64,000 nt of DNA from the human T2T-CHM13v2.0 reference genome, Homo sapiens. This document shows, piece after piece, positions 52,061 to 64,000 of this stretch. The position numbers and the translations under genes are program-made. The DNA is taken from the NCBI RefSeq assembly GCF_009914755.1, contig NC_060938.1, one strand, 5' to 3'. Position 1 is the stretch's first letter, and the number at the start of each line of letters is the position of its first letter. The notes beneath the pieces are model-generated. The model had not been told where the DNA came from, did no database searches, and saw only the letters and a program-made list of their open reading frames with translations.

Positions 52061-54628
52061 ACACCTCACACTCACGTGCCAACTAATTTTTCTGAAGTAC
52101 AAGTTATTGATGACTTAAATTATTAATTCCTTTATTCTTAGTGTGTTGGCTTTTTAAGGGAAATAACAATGGTTTTCTAACTTTGCTGCACATCAAATAT
52201 ACCTGGGAATCTTTAAAAAGTTTGAAGTCCCAATGTCCAGCTTTAGAAACTTCTGAAAACTAGGCCCAGGCATTCATATTTAAACAAGGTTTCCTTGGGA
52301 CTCTGACACTGGCAGTGTCAGTAACTGGTATTTGGGAAACTTCAAGTATAGAAAATTTGAAAGGCTTCACAGAGGAAGGTACTGCATTTTAGTGAAGGAA
52401 TTTGGAGTGCTGTGGTTAGTCTATTGGTGGTAGAGGAAGTATTTTTTTTTGCAGTATGGAAACCTCTTTTGGCTGTTAAAATTGCATTATGCCATCATTA
52501 AAGTTGCTTGGTAACCCTAGTCGTTTTTCAGAAGCCTTCATGTAAACTTACCAAGTACAAGAGTGTTGCTGCCAACCCCTTTTTTACTGGTATCATTTTC
52601 AAGGGTAATAGAAAATATTTATTCTGATATTCCTCTTTAATATTCTTCCCACAAATACTTCTCTTCAAGGGAATCAGATTTATTAAATGAGTACATTTCC
52701 ATAGCTTTCCTTTCTACATCCTTCAATACTCCCTTGGGTCTTGGTTCATGTTCCATCAGTTACTTAAAATTAAATAATGAGTAAAAAAGTATGCTTAACC
52801 TTCTGCATCTTTTTCTAGTCATCTCATGTAATTATCATATGCAATATAAAAATCCAATTTACAAAGTACTTTGAGATCCCTGAGCAAAAAGGGGACTTTG
52901 TTTCTTGGGTGTTTTAGTTCATTAACTGCTGTAAGGAATAGAGAATATACTGAGGCCTGAGAAAGTTGTGGTTGTGACTACTGGGATTAATATGGTGATG
53001 ATGAGAATGGCTATTATTATCTCCATCATTCTTATTATGAACTCCTGGCTGGGCAACTGTAGTTAGCAGCTTCAAAGTAGTGGCTTATTAGCTTTTAGAT
53101 GAGAAACTGTAGGGTCTCCCTGAATATTTAAGGCCACGATAAAAAGAATGAAATAGAGAATTAATGACTTGGAAAAAAATCAAAACGACAGATATGGCTC
53201 TGAAAGAAGAATATAGGATCTATCTTTAATATATCAGGACAATATTTAGCCTAGGTATAAAAGTATAGTGGATCAAACATCAAAAAATAGCTCAAATAAA
53301 TGTAGTGTTTCATTTGTTTCCCATAAGCTACATAAAACTAGAAAAATAAACATTGACTGATAATGTGGAATAAAAGACACTTTGCAAAGAACTTTTCAGC
53401 AGTAGGAAAACCCTTTTTTTATTTGGTCAAAAGTGTTAGGGAAGGAAAACCAATGCTTATGAGACCAAATGCACTTAATGTATTTCTTACAGTCTTTAGT
53501 AATAAATAATAAAATATTTTTAGTACTGGGAACAACTTCTTCTTTACAAAAGTTACACCTCTTCATTACTATTTACTATCATGTTTTGTTATGACTTAAA
53601 GGTTACTTCCAAGTTAGAAAACGTGTATTTTAATATTTTATTCAGTAGTTTAAAAATTCATACAATATTCTTAGAAATCAAGAATTTGTGATAATATGAC
53701 TACGAATACCTTGACTTGGCATCCTTGTTTTAATTATTGCTCCCCAACAATGTTTTATTTCTTTCAGAAACATTGTAAATTTTAGATAGCAAATTTGCAA
53801 TTATAGATTCTTAAATTAGTATTCTTGTTGTATTTATTTTATTTCATTGCTGAAATAATATACTATTTGTGGATTAACATCCCTAGGCAAGTAATATTGG
53901 TTAAGGATACTTTTCACAACACAAGCATTATAACAAAAAGCTCCTTAAAAAATGTGCTTTTCTATTACCTTGGGATTTGCTTTTTTATGAATTCAGAATA
54001 CCCTTGTATGAGCCATCATTCATATTGGCCAAGAAAGTCCCATCTTGGTTGTTAGGAATTGAATATTATTTGTCTTTGTTTATAGTCTAAATAAACAATC
54101 TCAGAAATTTTTAGTATGAAAATGAGAAGACATTGAGAAATATTAATTTATTTCACATAGTTAGAGAGGTATTTGGTAGCACTGAGTGTTGATATATTTA
54201 TTAAACAAATTCCTTACAGAATTTGATTTTTGTTAGAGCACATGAGTCTTCAGGTTATCATGAAAATTACACTATATCTTATAAATTGGATAGCTAATGA
54301 TTGACAGATTTCTTAGTTGATTTATGTGTTGGTTGAAAAATAATTAAATTAAAAATCTACATAATGTTTCTAGATTCCCATTTCCAGAATTTATTTTATA
54401 CCTCAGTGTCCAAAGTTAAATAAAAAGATTCATCAAAGTTATAAATAAAAGGAAGTACTAGCATAAGTTAGTGGAGAATATAATTCTTTTTGCACTAAAC
54501 AGTGCTGTAAGGAAGTAATCTAGAATTGCATTTAAATAAGTCAACATATTTAAGTTTAAATCTTAACATCTTAGTGTAAATCTGAAGTAGACACAATTAT
54601 TCTTGCTGCATATTTATCAACAATGTAA

Positions 54629-54934
<306 letters not shown>

Positions 54935-55151
54935 TGAAACTCCCCCTTTTTAAAATTAACTATTGCCACTGCCTTTGAAAGAGGCTTTCTTTCTTTTAAG
55001 GGTAGTTTTGGACCCACAAAGGATAGATAAGTACTACAGTTTCTAGGTTAGTATTTGAAATAACAGATCAAAGTAAATGTAATGGTTTCTAAAACTTTGT
55101 TAAATTTTAGATCCTCTTTGAGTACAAAATCCTTTTTAAAAATTCCATTTT

Positions 55152-55465
55152 GGGTGGGCACGGTGGCTGACACCTGTAATCCCATCACTTTGGAAGGCTG
55201 AGGTGGTAGATCACCTGAGGTCAGTTCGAAACCAGCCTGGCAATATGGTGAAACCCTGTCTCTACTAAAAATACAAAAATTAGCTGGGCATGGTGGTATG
55301 CGCCTGTAATCTCAGCTACTTGGGAGGCTGAGGCAAGAGAATTGTTTGAACTCAGGAGGTGGAGGTTGCAGTGAGTCAAGATTGCACCATTGCACTCCAG
55401 CCTGGGCAACAGAGCTAGACACCATCTCAAAAACAAAAAACAAAAAACAAAAAACAAAAAAAAAA
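55152..55465 (+). mobile_element. AluS with (AAAAAAC)n tail
   Basis: Dimeric Alu; flanking CCATTTTG duplication. Confidence 0.95.
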
Positions 55466-55559
55466 CCTCCCATTTTGTAGAAAGGTGGAGAAATTTTTAT
55501 CCATATGGCATTAAATATTCTGACAAATATGGAAATGCAATAAAGATACAGTCGTTAGT

Positions 55560-57260
55560 GAACAAATAATGCTTGTCATAGTGTTCTCATTCACACAAGA
55601 AACACTTCAAATTACTTACAACCTAGAACAAGACAGACAAGTTCCTACTTTTATGGGATTTATATTTTAATGAGGCAAGACAGACAGTGAACAGATACAG
55701 TAAGTAGAAACATGTTAAGAGCTATGATAAAGATAAAACAAGGTGATATGAACTAGTGTTTCTGGGACACTAAGATTGAGTGGTCAGAAAATGCCCTTCT
55801 GAGTGGATGATATTTAAGGCAGGTATTGAATGACATGGAGGAGGTTGTCCTGGGAAGGTCAGAGGGACAGGACACTCCCAGCTGAGGACCTAATATGTGA
55901 AAGATATATTCCAGAGACAAACTGGAGATTGAGCAGAGGAGGGTGAGCCGGGAAAGGAGACATAGCCAGCAAGGAAGGAGGAAAATTAGCAGAGGAAACT
56001 GTTCCATAAAAAGGAGTGGTGAACAGTGTGAAATGCCTATGAGAAATTTAGTGAGATAAGGACGATCAAGTGACCATTAAATTTGACGGAATGTAGGTTG
56101 TTACTGATCTAATATTGCACAGTTTCAGAAGAATAGAGAGTGGTCCAAGGAAAGAATGTAAGGGAGAGAAAATGGTTGTAGCAACATAGTCAACACTTTT
56201 TGAAAGGTTTTTCTCCAAAAGGGAACGGAGAAATACAGTAGAAGCTGGAGGATAAAATCAAAGAAACCTGCTTATGCTAGTTGGAATAAATCAGTACAGA
56301 GGGATAAATTGATAAACAAAAGGATTTTTCAGAATGTGAGTCCTGAATTAGGAGAGGCATGTGTTCGAGAGCATGCATGCAGGGCCTGGTTTTGGGAGAA
56401 GCAGGGATGCATCACCTCTGGTAATGGAAAACATGAGAAAGTGGGTGCACAGAGGGTGATTTGCATCATAGGATGGAGGTTGGAAGACTGAGGAGATATG
56501 AAAATTGTGACACAATCTTACTTTGGAGAGTGGGAAGTGAGCTCTGATTAAAGTATAAGGATAACAAATCAGTATGGAATACCCAGTAAAGATCTGTGGT
56601 CCTGAGTTTAAATTGAAATCAGTCAGGAGAAATTCATGCTTTTCTCCAGGCCTGTTCAGCTGCCTGTATGGAATAAAAGATAACCAGAGTTAGAGGTTTT
56701 TTATGGAAAATAAAATGGTGGAAAAGAAGAGCAAGAGAGTTAAATGTATTTTTGAATGTTGCTATAATGATGTAGTATGAAATATCAGGTGAATAAAGAG
56801 GAAAAAATGAGAGATCACAAATAATAAGCAAGAATAAAGATCAGTGATTTGGAGAACTTGTTAAGATCAAAGCATAGCTGGAGTAGGAATGAGAGAGAAA
56901 GATGGGCAGGAAGTCTGAAGAATTAGATACAGAAAATTGAGGGAGCAGTACAATTATCAGTGATTTAAAAGGTCACGGGTACAACCATGGGAGTGGGTAG
57001 CTGCTGTATGATAGGGGAAAAGGACACTGAAAATGGAGTGGAGGCGGCCAAAGAACTGAGGCTAGGGTTTTGGAGGAGTTTTTCATGAGCATATTGAAGT
57101 CACCAATAAAAATGGCAGATATAGGAGTGGAGAACATGACAGATTCACATAATGAAATCTTCCGTGGATAAGAGGAAGGGGCCAGGAGGTTGGTAGATGC
57201 CAGCTGTAAGAAAGGTGGTCTAATACGAGCTTCAAAGAAGTCTTCATGTTTCAAGTGGGG
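55560..57260 (-). mobile_element. L2 fragments
   Basis: Purine-rich decayed L2 in reverse; the minus-strand translation includes an AIFIGDFNM endonuclease-like motif (56973..57281). Confidence 0.6.
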
Positions 57261-58136
57261 AGAAGTGACATGGCAGCACAAAGAAAACAGACACCAACTT
57301 CATTATTAAACCCCAAAGGTTATCTGCATTAGTGACCAAATTACTATATTTACATCCAAATAATCCACATTGTATGGACAACACAAAATCTATTCCATCA
57401 ATTGTCATAGCTAAAAAGGGATAGTATTTCACTTGAGTTTAACCCTCTTGTCTCTTTTTTATTCCACTGCATAAAGATTTTTGACCTTACTCACAGAGGT
57501 ACTCTAGAGAATAATTAGCTATCAGTATTTGAAATTATTATACATTCAACTCTATATTCATTTTAAGATTTGCCTTATATGAAATAAACGTTGAAATCTT
57601 AGGGTATTACACTGGCAGAATAGAGAATTGTGATATAATGACCAGAAAAGATAAGACTAGGAAGGCACTTCATTCTCATAGGTAATAAGAATGCATGCTC
57701 ATCCTTTCCTTTCCTCTTTGAAACTGCAAACATAACAATTTAACACTAAAGAGCTGATCTTCCCTTGGCTGAGTGAAGCTAATAATGCAAAATAATCAGC
57801 ATATCTGGGGTACAATGTACAGGAACAACTTATAATACACACGTCTTCCAGTTCTTTTGACAAATGCCTTTGCTCTGACACCCTATGATAGATCCATTTC
57901 TATCTGTCTTCTTTTATAGTGTATCTCAGAAGGAGGGTAAGCAGAATTCGTAGTCTACAACACCACAGTTTGTTTTTTCATTTCACATTCATGATTACTC
58001 AAGTCACAAATGACATATGATGCAAACCAGTAATATGTGTTTGCGCCTGACAGAGGACATTTTTCATCTTGCAAGTTTAGGCTACAGCTTTGGCAGCAGG
58101 TGTTGTGAATCTCAGTGAAGTGAAACGAGCTTCTAA

Positions 58137-58190
58137 AGGTCCGACACACTTCAGAGTGTTTCTCAGGTCCGACACACTTCAGAGTGTTTC
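58137..58190. repeat. Perfect 26-bp direct duplication (28-bp period)
   Basis: AGGTCCGACACACTTCAGAGTGTTTC twice. Confidence 0.95.
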
Positions 58191-58511
58191 ATGCTACCAG
58201 AAATAAAAGGAGCAGTCTGGCTTTTCTATTGTCTAAAATTTCTCTACATCATGAAAGTCTTCAGCTTCCTTCTAGGCTCTATAAACTAGACTAAATCATT
58301 TTGCTGTGGTGGTTTTTCTTTCTTCAGATTAGAGCCTAATTACCTAGAACCCACCTTTCCTGTCCTTTGCCATACCTCTTTCCTCTGCACACTTTGATAT
58401 TGTTGGATCACAGCAGTGTGGGAGCAATTCCTGTACACCAAATAATTATTCATACATCTAGAAAAAGTACTGACTGATAAGACCTGGGCCACAGGAGGCA
58501 CTTGATAAATA

Positions 58512-58848
58512 CAATCAATTCTCTATATCCGTGGGTTCTACATCTGTGACTTCCACCAAATGTAGATTGAATATTTTTTTAAATGGATGGTTACACTTGT
58601 ACTGAACATGTACAGACTTTTTTCTTGTCATTATTCCTAAACTGATACAGTATAACAACTATTTACATAGCATTTACATTGTATTAGTTATTATAAGTAA
58701 TCTAGAGATGATTTAAAGTCTACAGGAGGATGTACGTAGGTTATATGCAAATACTACATCATTTTATATCAGGATCTTGAGCATCCCAGGATTTTGGCAT
58801 CTGTAGGGGTCTTGGAACAAATCCCCGATGGTTACTGAGGGATGGCTT
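58512..58848 (+). mobile_element. MER2 (Tigger-family) DNA transposon
   Basis: TA|caatcaattctctatatccgtgggttc ... gttactgagggatggctt|TA. Confidence 0.8.
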
Positions 58849-60084
58849 TACTGGCTGAACAACTTGAGTGACTGCAGCAACAGGTTACTTGTGAGTGGAC
58901 TGTGAATAGCTGGGGGTAACTCTCCTACCTGCAGCCTTCTAGAGCCTGCCTCCATGTGATTTCCAGTCATTCAGGAGTGCTCTGCCCTAGCACTGCGGCT
59001 TTCCTTGCAGGAGAGCTACTTGAGCAGTCAGCACAAGTCCTCATTTCTGTTTGCTTCTTTGTTTTTTCTATTTTACAAGCACTTTTTGCCATTAATGACT
59101 TGGTAGTAACTTGGGGAGGTAAAAGGGAGTGTTATTTCCAGCTGATGCTTACAGAAGTAATGAATATGCGAAATATATAATCAGGATGAAAATCATCTCT
59201 CCAGCCACTTCCTTCTGCCTTCTTTTACCAACACAAAAGGACTTTGATTTTTTTAGAAGACTTTAACTGTCCAAGCACATCAACACTTCTGACTGCCAAT
59301 TTGGTCTAATTTGCCCAATAACCACAGCTCTCAGATTCCTTCTAATCTAAGCAGACTTGTATAAAAAGACAGGAAGAGAACATATTTTAGGGGCCTCAGA
59401 TACCAAGGCCTATGAAACACTTTTATGGTGGGGAGGACATGGATATTGTCATCATCATTATGTAACAGCCCCTGCCTGGGATAAAAACTCACCAAGAGAC
59501 TTCATGTGCTTACCATCATAGTGAACACAAATTAGGTCACTTATAGCCTATCAAGGCATTCTAGATTCTGAAGGGAATGAACTAGAGTAAAGCTGCCTGG
59601 CAAAATTTGACTTGAGAATCTAGACTTCAAACGTATTCTTTTGAGGGCTGGAAGAGGTTGGAACATAAAGAATGTAATTTTGATGAAACAAGTACAAATA
59701 TCCATTTGGAATAGTTGTATTTAGGGGATTGTTGGGCAAAAATTCGCTTCTTCTATTCCCCTGAACTAAGCAGAAATACTAATATTAATAAATAAAATGG
59801 CAGGTTAATGCCATCCCACTCAATCATCAGTTATTTAACCAACTTGTTTCTAATGACCCACTTAGGCATCAGAAGTTCTGGGGCCACATTCCAGAGGCCA
59901 AAGGACTCTTCCCCTCCTTCCTTTGCTTACATGGCTTACATTACCTCATGGAGGTATTTAATCCTCCATGCCCCAAACTCATTATCCATATAGCTGAGTA
60001 ATTTTTTAGCACCATAAATTTGATCACGTATTTCCCTAGCTTAAAACTCTTCACTGGACTTTCACTTAGAAAAAAATCCAAAAA

Positions 60085-60537
60085 TTAAAAATAAAAGTAT
60101 TACATGATCCAACAATCCTATTTCTTATCCAAATAAATTGTATTTATCCAAAAGAATTGAAATCAGGATCTCAGCCTTAAAAAGGAAATTCTGCAATATG
60201 TGAAAAAATGCATGAACCTTGAGGACATTACATTAAGTGAAATAAACCAGTTACTGAAGGACAAACATTGCATGAGACCACTTACACGAGGTATCTAAAA
60301 TAGTCACATTCATAGTATCAAAGAGTGAAATGGTGGTTGCCTGGGGCTGGGAGAGGGGAATATAAAGAGTTAATAATCAAATAAAGTTTCAGTAAGAAAG
60401 ATGAATGAGTTCTAGAGATCTGCTATATCACATTTCACCTATAATCAACAATAATGTATTGTACACTAAAAAATATGTCCAGAGGATAGATCTCATATTA
60501 TGTGTTCTTACCAGAGTAAAAAAATTAAAAAAAAAAT
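60085..60537 (+). mobile_element. L1M 3' end nested in an L2 3' fragment (~59990-60930)
   Basis: atgaaccttgaggacatta...ggttgcctggggctgg...agagatctgctata; L2 terminus cattaaatatttgttgaa near 60910. Confidence 0.7.
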
Positions 60538-62903
60538 CAAACTCCTCAGCACAGGCTATAATGTCCTGGCCCCTCTATAGTCAGCTCATATTACTCTTGC
60601 CCTCCTTTACTAAACCCTAGCCAGTCTTCTTTTGAAGCCTCAATTATTCCACGTTCATTTCCGCCTCAGGGCCTTTGCACATGCTGCCCCTCTGCCTGGA
60701 AGGCTGTTCCCTTTTCCCCCATGTAACTACCCTCCCCCTCCACAGACAGTTTATCTTGCTCTAAAGCTCTCATTGCAATTGGTAATTGCACATAGGTGTG
60801 CTTGCTTGTCAAATGTTTTTCCTCTCTGGAGTGCAAGTTCTAAAAAGAAAAGTGGGGATCTGATGTGTTTTGTTTACCACTCTTTTCCCTGGTACATAGA
60901 AGATACTCATTAAATATTTGTTGAAATATGATAGAATAAAATTATGAGGATGGCATAGATGGCCACTGGGCTCACACACCTTCCCCAATTCCCATTGAGT
61001 GTTAAGTGACCCCCAGGTAGCAACATCCCCTCTTCATCAGTCCTGGACACTGATCTGACCCAGAGAGCCTTTTGACAAATAATAAATATTAGGACTAAAT
61101 GGTACATTGGAGATATTAGTTTACAAATGGGAAAATCTGAGCCTTATAAAGCTGAAGTGACTTATCTTGGGAGGGATTGCTTCTTCTCCACTCCCTGAGG
61201 TTCCCTGATGAGGGATTTTTCATAAACACTCCAGGCCTCTTATTCTACTTCTACTCACCTCTTGGAGGTGGAGTGAATTAGATGTGTAATGGGTCTGGGA
61301 GAGAAACTTGGGATGTGGGTTCCACCTCTCAGCCCCACTTTCTCTTCGGGATGTATCACAGGACACAGACATTCTGCACTGCTCCTCCTTGCTTTAGGGT
61401 TAGGCTCTTCTCCAAGGCATGGTGTGCAGGTGTCTGATTCTGCATCTCTCTGGGGTGATGAGACAGACTTTGAAATTCTAGGTTCAGTATTTTCAGGGCC
61501 TGCATACATAAGCTGTGTTCTCAAACCTAGCTTTTATCAGTTTAAAAGGAAATAATTTTCTACTTCCTCTGTCTTAGTTCATTCATAACTGGGTGAATTT
61601 ATTCCCCTTACATCCCGACACCAAAGCCCAAAATTCATCACTGTCAGAGTAAGGGATTAGAATTCATCTTCCCAAGCTCCAGCTCTGATTTCCAATGTGT
61701 GATCCTCATAGCTCAGCCAGTTCCCTGACAACTACCTTCTTAGCCATGCCCTAAACTGTCACCACTACAGTCAACACCCCCACTGACCCAGCACACAGGG
61801 GCAAGACCATCCTCCAATCCATAATTTTCCCAATCATTATAAATACATTCCAAGACATATTTATAATGATTTCACATGAACATGTTTTCAGGCTAGTGAA
61901 ATAAATGAAGTAAATGAAAAAAATTGAGTAATGATTAGATTAATGAGATAAATACCTCATCATAAATTAGGTTGTTAATACATATTTTAACATCAACATG
62001 TTTATTTTTACTTTTTCATAATTATTTTGTTAATAATTTTCTCAAAAGACAATTTTGTTTTATTTTGAATTGTCTTATGTAGCCTCTTTAGAGCTGGACA
62101 TTTATCTGGACATGTAATCACAATATTAATCCTCTTCTGGTTGATGCATATTTCAGTTAGTAATTGGCTAAGTAAAGAATTGTATTCTGGTCTGTTATTG
62201 CTATAACTGAATGACTATAATATTGCTAATGGGCCAACAGGTGGGCCTTGTCTATGTCTATGCCTATGTTCAAGTAGAATATAAAAATTATTGGGTATGA
62301 TTATGACCTTTCTTGTTAAAACAAATACCTTCCATGGTCATTCTAGAAACAAGAGGAAGAGAAAAGTACTTGCAATGAAAAAGTAAAAGAAACACATCTC
62401 TTTATCAAAAATGTTAACCACTATTACCTCTTAGCCAAAAAGAAAAAGAACTATAATAAAAATATATAAATAAAATAAACTTTCAGAGCAAACAAATAAA
62501 AACATCTTCCATGTAGTCATGTTCTTTAGACTGAGGTAGCAGTGTTGAAAAGGGTAAAGCTATTTTAAGTCATGCATTTGGAGGAGCAATGAATCAATGG
62601 ATGTTTTAACATTTTCCATTAGGAGACTGACATTGTAAACTTTTTTCTGTGTCAAGGTGGTATATGTCCTCTTAGTTTGGAGGCTGTGTGTTATTTCAAA
62701 GATTCTTGTGTTTTGGGTATAGCTGGATATAGTTTTGATTTCTCATATTTTTGTTTTTTCTTAGCATTAGTCAGCCAACAACTATCTGCAAAGAACCCCC
62801 CTCTAGATGTAGAAATGTGCTAGATCTTGAAGAGATCAGAAAAAGATTATTTCTGTTTTAGCTCCTACTATCTTGAAGCTTATCATTGGTTGGAGACAAA
62901 CAG

Positions 62904-62939
<36 letters not shown>

Positions 62940-62941
<2 letters not shown>

Positions 62942-63228
62942 TTTTTTTTTTTTGAGACAGCATCTCACTCTGTCACCCAAGCTGGAGTGCAGGGGTGCAA
63001 TCTCTGCTCACTGCAACTTCTGTCCGGCACCACCCCCACCCCCACTTCAGCCTCCTAAGTAGCTGGGAATACAGATGCAGGCCACCACACCTGGCTATGT
63101 TTTGTATTCTTGGTAAAGATGGGGTTTCACCATGTTGCCCAGGGTCTCAAACTCCTGAGCTCAAATGATTTGCCTGTCTTGGCCTCCCAAAGCACTGGGA
63201 TTACAGGCATGAGTCACTGTGACTGGCC
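62940..63228 (-). mobile_element. AluJ with adjacent (TG)n at 62905-62936
   Basis: Reverse Alu with J-type ctcctgagctcaaatgat; TSD ACAGATGTGT. Confidence 0.92.
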
Positions 63229-64000
63229 ACAGATGTGTCTTGACATTCTGTTTGTGTATTGTATGCCTTAACACTACTCCCTTACACAAAAAATATCTCC
63301 AGTCAAGATAGTTGTCTCTCTTGATTTTTCTTCTCTTAGATGGGGTATAGGCTAAGCTACTGAAAGAAAGAGACCTGGAGACACAGGGGCTTGAACCTGA
63401 GAGAAGTGTATTTCCCTCACACACAACAGTCCAGAGGAAAGAGTTATAGGCTGCAGTAGTGGCTCTGTTCCACAAAATGATTTGGGGTTAGGTTCTTTTC
63501 ATCTTGTGCTTTTACTGTCCTCTTGAGTGTTTTTATTGTTATGACCAAAGACTGGTTGATGTTACATGTGTTCTTTCAGCCTTCAGAAAGTAGAGATTAA
63601 GCCTATGATATGTAATTTCATTTTATATAAGTGTGATTGACATAACAATATTTACCAATATCCAGTTATTTTCTATTTATGGCCACACAGAGGATTACAC
63701 TTATACATTCTTTGTAGTTAGGCATGGTCACATGGCTAATTTTGGGACAATGTGGCATGAGTCACTGCCTTGCTGAAGTTTTAATTGCTAGTGCTTCACT
63801 CTCCAGCCACAAAAACCTATGTTGATGTGGAGGTGATACAAGATAGAAACCTGCAGGAATCCTGAGTCAACACATGGAAGATGGCTGCCCAAGAGAGTCA
63901 TCTGGGCTTGCAACAAATTTCTGTAAGTAAGAAAAAAAACTTTTGTTGTTTATTCTGAAATATAACCTATCCTAATCTGGCTATTACAACAGACGATGTG

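Overview
Primate (almost certainly human, or great-ape) genomic DNA around SSTR1, the somatostatin receptor 1 gene. SSTR1 is the only recognisable protein-coding gene: an intronless 391-codon CDS at 34089-35264 (+) in a CpG island, with two inferred 5' non-coding exons and a ~2.5-kb 3' UTR. The rest is mostly interspersed repeats: L2, old L1M, MIR, ten Alus, MaLR/ERV1 solo LTRs and Tigger-family DNA transposons. There are two proviruses. One is a 5.9-kb HERV-H/LTR7 (15366-21256, +) lying ~11.4 kb upstream of SSTR1 on the same strand. The other is a decayed MER57-family provirus (44681-49944, -) carrying nested L1 and Alu insertions. Main observations: (1) A point change in the HERV-H 5' LTR only creates the first AUG of the transcript and opens a 286-codon ORF in the reading frame of the HERV-H-derived ESRG protein. 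(2) The same provirus has LTR7up-like LTRs, an intact major splice donor and a damaged 3'-LTR poly(A) signal, which could allow HERV-H-to-SSTR1 chimeric RNA. (3) The SSTR1 leader has a spliced in-frame uORF, a TAATG stop/start overlap, an overlapping ORF and a G-quadruplex. (4) An L1 shows both a 3' transduction and a twin-priming inversion, and a second L1 fragment is tail-less. (5) SSTR1 has Thr at codon 302 where I recall Ala. Repeat subfamily names and comparisons to reference proteins come from memory of consensus sequences and need database confirmation. All counts were done by eye.
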